Source: Azolla caroliniana
Lineage: Eukaryota; Plantae; Polypodiophyta
Direction: 5' to 3'
DNA length: 64,000 nucleotides
Assembly: GCA_043228905.1 (NCBI GenBank)
Contig: JBHGNT010000002.1
Span: forward strand, 2,728,001-2,792,000
Shown here piece by piece: positions 58,793-64,000 of this stretch. Made by a program: the position numbers and the translations under genes. The notes beneath the pieces were generated by a model. That model saw only the letters and a program-made list of their open reading frames with translations. It was not told the DNA's origin and made no database searches. Within the stretch, counting starts at the first letter, position 1. The number at the start of each line of letters is the position of its first letter.

Positions 58793-60577
58793 TCTCTCTT
58801 TTTCTTTTTCTTTTTATAAAAGATTTTCTTCAATAGTATTAAGAATGAAACGCCTAAAGGCTACAACTTGAACCTAGCTATCAAGGAGGTTACAACTTTT
58901 CCTATACAAGGATGTTTACATTGCAATTGAGGCTCTCGAGTTGACATTGTAAACAGGGGCACCTTTTTCCATAAGTGAAGAAGCTTTTTCCTTTTCTTGT
59001 TCACAATATCTAGGGAACCCTACATATTGTCATACTGGCCACAAACTACTGCCAGCAAGTTCTCCCATATCTCAAACAGCACATCTGAGAGATGAATGTC
59101 GACCCCATCATAAAGTCGATTACATCGATATTTCCATAATGCCCATAATGTTATTGTGGTCACAGTTTTCCAAATTTGGACAGATTGCACCTGCTTGCGA
59201 GGTTGCTAGAAGGGACCAACTAATATCAATATTCTATTATGTATTGCCATTGCCTCATGAACATCGTTTGCCTCATACAACATCAAGCCGGAATGTAATA
59301 CTCCCCACATCGCTAATCCCCATGAGAATAGGCAACCTACATTGATTGTTAGGAATAAAGACATGACTTTCTTCCATGCTTGTTGAGCAAAAGAACAAGA
59401 CTATAGGACATGCTTGGTAGTCTCTTGAGGTTCATGGAAAAAGCCACATTGCCGCAAATTGGGTGCTACATTCCCTTTCAATGAATGACCAACGGGTGGC
59501 ACCATTGAAAGAGAATAAATTTAGTTGGCCCCTTGAATGACCATATCCATTTCCAACAGGTTCTCAAATGCAAAGTGGAAACACCCCAATTGTCCAATGT
59601 TTCTGAGTTGCTGGTATCATTACATTCTGAGAGAGCAGTAATGATCTTCCAAGTTTTACTAAGTACTGAAAGAAGGGGACCTTTACAATCTTTTCCCCCA
59701 AGGAATACGACCAAAGCCAACCCCCCAGATCCCGCATTAATCTTGCAACAAGATCTTTTGCATATAACCACAGGATATCACACATATGAGCAACTGATGG
59801 ATAACCATCAAGGATCCATTTCTTTCCAGTTTTACCAACCACCCCAACTGGTGCACTTCGCAAGTCCTGTAGATAACTGCAATCAAAGGTATAAGATTGC
59901 AATCTATTGTTGTCTAGGACCTCAAAATAAGAAACACACCCATTAGGTGAAACGCCCTTAACAACCATCAATGTATCATCTGTGAAGCATTTAAACCATA
60001 GATGTTCCTACCTAGGTTGGACGGTTGTAAAAAACAAAGAATATGTTGTTGATAAGGTGGTCGTCATTATCTTGGCACCATGAACTGATTGTAGATGTGC
60101 AAGTCGATCTTCTTGCAACATTTGTTGAAAATGAGTCCAAGTTCTTACAGATGTAGCTGGCCCCTTATCCAATTTATCCCAAGCAAGGTCAGTACACAGA
60201 CCCAATACTTTTCCAGCATTATCTCGAAATAGAGAATTGGCAAGCATAGGCTGATTAAGTAATGCACCCCAAGTAGAAGGTTTGTCCTATAGCAAAAATG
60301 ATTTAATCACATCCCACGCTCTTATGATTCCTAGCAAAAATCTATTGGATGCAAGATTCCTCCTTGGCGTTTTCATGTCATTCAAGAACAACCACTTTAG
60401 AGAGGGTGACCATGCTCCTCCTGTCTTAGGAGTTAACTGCATTAACTGATTTAAAAACATTCATTTCCAAGCTTTTGATCTTGGCAACAAACCTCTGATA
60501 ACAAACTTAGTCAAGAGAGCTCTTGACTGCATCAAAGGATCTATCAAACCCAACCCTGCATTGATTTTAGGTTGAAT
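58793..60577 (-). mobile_element. L1-type LINE, same family as 18131-21696, interrupted by the Copia at 60578
   Basis: Near-identical peptides (VKGVSPNG..SYFEVLDNNR, NSLFRDNAGKVLGL) and the same 3' end taatactattgaagaaaatcttt plus A tail. Confidence 0.9.
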
Positions 60578-63500
60578 TGTTGAGAATCAAGATCAACTTG
60601 GTCTAGTGTGTGAACTCACCTTGAGAGTGAAGAGACACTCCAACGGTCAAGAGTCGCCATTATGTCACCACTTTGTATTCTAGCATTTAGTATGAGTTAT
60701 AGAATCATATTCTATGACACATAACTTATGAGCTTTCACATTCCCCATGCTCCATGAGGCTTGTAGTTAATGAAAAGAGAGGGTGACTACATAAAGCACC
60801 CTCCTCCCACCTTGTATCATGTTGTGTCTTTCTCCTTTGTCAATATACTTTTACATTGCGTATTCCTTGTCTCTCTCTCACTCTCTCTCTCTCTCATACA
60901 CACACATAACTCATATCTCTTCCGCTTCACAAGAATCCATCTCTTGATTCTTTACATGGTATCAGAGCGATTTGGTAGCTCGATCTAGCCCATTCACCTC
61001 ATTGTGATCGTGTGTTGTGCTCCACGCCGACGACCAAGAACCGGCTCATCGTTATCGTAGCTTCGCTACATAGCACGCATTCGAAGAGAGAAGAAGAAGA
61101 AGAAGAATCGACACAATGAATACTCAAATGGGGAGCGCTCTCCCTACTGAGAAGTTGGATCGAAACAACTTCGTATCTTGGGAGTACAAGATGCACCAAT
61201 ACCTTGTTGGACAAGGCTATTGGAGCTACATCAAAGGAGCGCATGAAGATCGACCCGCCGAAGCGACTCCTGGATACGCGACATGGGAGCAAGCCGCAAG
61301 CCGCATGATGTATTGTTTGGCGACATGTGTTCACGACCACATGCTCGGTTACATTCGAGAAGCCAAGACACCGAAGGAAGCGTGGGAAAATCTACGAAAG
61401 ATTTTTGCCACCAACACGACCGTGATGAAGCTTCAACTCCGCCAAGAGTTGAACAACATTCAACAAAGGGACATGTCCATCACGACATACACCTTGAAGA
61501 TCAAGGAGCTTTGCGACTCGCTCGGCTCAATAAGCGTAAGTATAGATGATGATGAGATGGTGCAAATATGCCTCAGCGGCCTCGCACCACGGTTCGGCGC
61601 GATGCGAACCGCCGTTCTAACACGGGAGAAATCTCCCTCCTTCTTCGAGCTCCAATCAATGCTATTGGTCAAAGAAAACCACGTGCGTACAAGGAGCAAT
61701 GAGTCGGAAGGCCACATGCTCTACACGCACTCTAATGGAAGAAGAGGGAGCGGATGAGCGAGAGGCCGATTCGGCCAAGGATAAGGCGGACGAGGTCCGA
61801 CCTACGACAACAACTCCCAATTTCGGCCGCAAAACGGAGGCCAATGAGGAACCTTCGCAAGAAGGCGGAGCTTCCACTCCGCCCCGAGCCGTCAAAACGC
61901 AACCGAATGCGGATATTGCGGAAAGCTCGGCCACCACGAAGAAGAGTGCCGAAAGAAGATGCGTGAATCGGCTTCCACAAGCTGACAACTCACGAATTAT
62001 GCACACAATTCCGACTACGAAGAGTATAGCACAATGTACGGGAACAACTCCGACTACGAAGATCGTGGCGGAATGTATGCATGCAACTCCGACCGTGGCG
62101 GAATGTTCATGATGAAACATAGATCAAACTCTATGTCGGCCTCTACCTCAACTAGTGCCCTCAATCCGGAGGACGTATGGTTTGTAGACTCCGGAGCCTC
62201 AAACCATATGACATCCCATAAAGAATGGTTTCTCGAACTTCAAGAGCCGGAGCGACCTGGTTATGTCGAAACCGGAGATGACACTACGCACCCGATTCGG
62301 CACATCGGCAATGTCCCGTTCGGCAAAAGAGGTAAGCAAACATACATTAAAAATGTCTTGCATGTTCCCACCATCACGAAGAATTTGGTCTCGGTCGGCC
62401 AAATGGTTGAGCAAGGGATGCAAGTACGATTCGATCAAGAAGGGTGCTTCATCGAAAAAGAAGGCTGAATCATCGCACGCGGAAGAAGAGAGGGCCGGAT
62501 GTTCATTCTCGATTCGCACGAGATGAAATCCGCCATGTTCACGAAAAGCACGAAAGCCGACTCCGACATAGAGCTATGGCATAAGCGAATCGGCCACATC
62601 AATCTCAACAAACTCAAAGCAATGAAATCGAAAGGAATCGTCATCGGACTCCTGACATTCAAAGAGAAGGAGATTGAAGGTGTATGCGAAGCGTGCCAAT
62701 TCGGCAAGCAACACCGACACCCATTTCCGAAGGAGCGGAACGTGAGGAAAGGTGTACTCGACGTAATTCATTCCGATGTATGGGGTTCGGCTCAAACGGC
62801 GACATTCGGCGAATGCCGATATTACGTGCTCTTCATCGATGACTTTTCTAGGCACACTTGGATCTATCCGATGCGGCAAAAGAGCGAAGTGTTCGGACAC
62901 TTCCAAAAATTCAAGAATGGAGTCAAGAAAGCCACGGGCCGACATGTACGTTGTCTTCGATCGGATGGCGGCAAGGAGTACTTCTCGGACGATTTCACGG
63001 CGTATCTCCAAAAGGAAGGAATTCGGCGAGAATTCACTTGCCAACACACTCCGCAACAAAACAGAGTAGCCAAGCACAAAAATCGGCACATCCTCGAAGT
63101 AGCGCGGGCCATGATGAACGAGAAGAATATGCCCAAGTCATATTGGGCCGAAGCTGCAAATACGGTCGTCTACCTAATGAACCGGTGCACAACATCCGGC
63201 GTGCACGAGGTCACTCTGCACGAAAAATACTTCAGAAAGAAGCCGGACTTATCGCACATCCGGATATTTGGCGTGATAGCGTACGTGCACATCCCTGACG
63301 AGAAGCGTCAAAAGCTTGACCGAAAGTCGGAGAAATGTATCCTCGTAGGATACTCACTTGAACAAAAGGGGTACAAGTGCTACAACCCCTCAACTCAAAA
63401 ATCTCGAGTAAGTCGAGACGTCGTTTTTGACGAGTCTGCATCCTGGTACGCACCAGAGACAACTTCGCCTCCGACTCCGCTCGACCCGGAATCTGCCGAA

Positions 63501-64000
63501 CAAGAGATCGAGGATGAAGATCGCCCTACGCGCATGATCGAAGAAAGTCCGATCACGACCCGACTAAGCGGACCACAAGAGCCTTTGAGCGATCAAAACA
63601 CATCACGGCCTAGCCCGAAGATGGACAAAGGCAAGGCGAAAATGGCAGAATATGAAGACAATGCTTCGACGACGATGAATCGACTCACTCACTCGACAGT
63701 GAGTTCGGCAGTTTCGAGGTACCAATCAGAGCCAAGAAAGCCCTCATCTCGGCAAATGAAAAGCTCCGCCGATCCACTCGTGAAAAGATCCCCGTAAGCC
63801 GATTCGGCTACAACGATTATATGGCGTACCATTACGCCTTTATGATGAAGGTAGCGACAGTACGGGAGCCGGAAACCTTTTTGGAAGCCGCGAAGGACCC
63901 GCGATGGATCGAAGCAATGAACGAGGAGATGCAGGCACTACGGAAGAACAAGACGTGGGATCTCGTTCCCACCTCATCACACAAAAAGGCGATTGGATGA
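60578..64000 (+). mobile_element. Ty1/Copia LTR retrotransposon (5' part; runs off the window)
   Basis: LTR 60578-60956 (TGTTGAGAATCAAGA...TCTTGATTCTTTACA); PBS tggtatcagagc at 60957-60968 (tRNA-iMet). Confidence 0.95.
61116..64000 (+). pseudogene. Copia gag-protease-integrase-(RT start) with frameshifts and stops
   Basis: gag (KLDRNNF.SWEYKM), protease WFVDSGASNHMT, integrase LWHKRIGH..CEAC, IHSDVWG, LRSDGGKEY, SRDVVFDE; RT start EEMQALRKNKTWDLV. Confidence 0.92.

Overview
Eukaryotic plant genomic DNA, probably a large-genome non-seed plant such as a fern (inferred from sequence style only). One host gene is supported: a 3-exon BEL1-like TALE homeodomain gene on the minus strand (5018-8267). 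It has a telomere-repeat array at its start codon and a microsatellite-dense upstream region. The rest is transposon-derived: five L1-type LINE copies, two non-autonomous hAT elements, a heat-shock-element-bearing solo LTR, Gypsy and Copia remnants, a Copia element running off the right end, and a five-level nest (old Gypsy > hAT > LINE > Gypsy A > very young Gypsy B). Two results stand out. (1) Both full-length Gypsy elements lack a polypurine tract next to the 3' LTR. In its place, 2 nt before the LTR, both carry a copy of a tRNA-Arg-like 3' end (GTCCCAC..GCGTGCCA) preceded by a T-loop-like motif and a small hairpin, which suggests a second tRNA primes plus-strand synthesis. (2) Two divergent LINEs inserted independently at the same position of two copies of one hAT element, suggesting Tx1-like target specificity. 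Boundaries and counts were read by eye; tRNA identities are from memory and need a database check.
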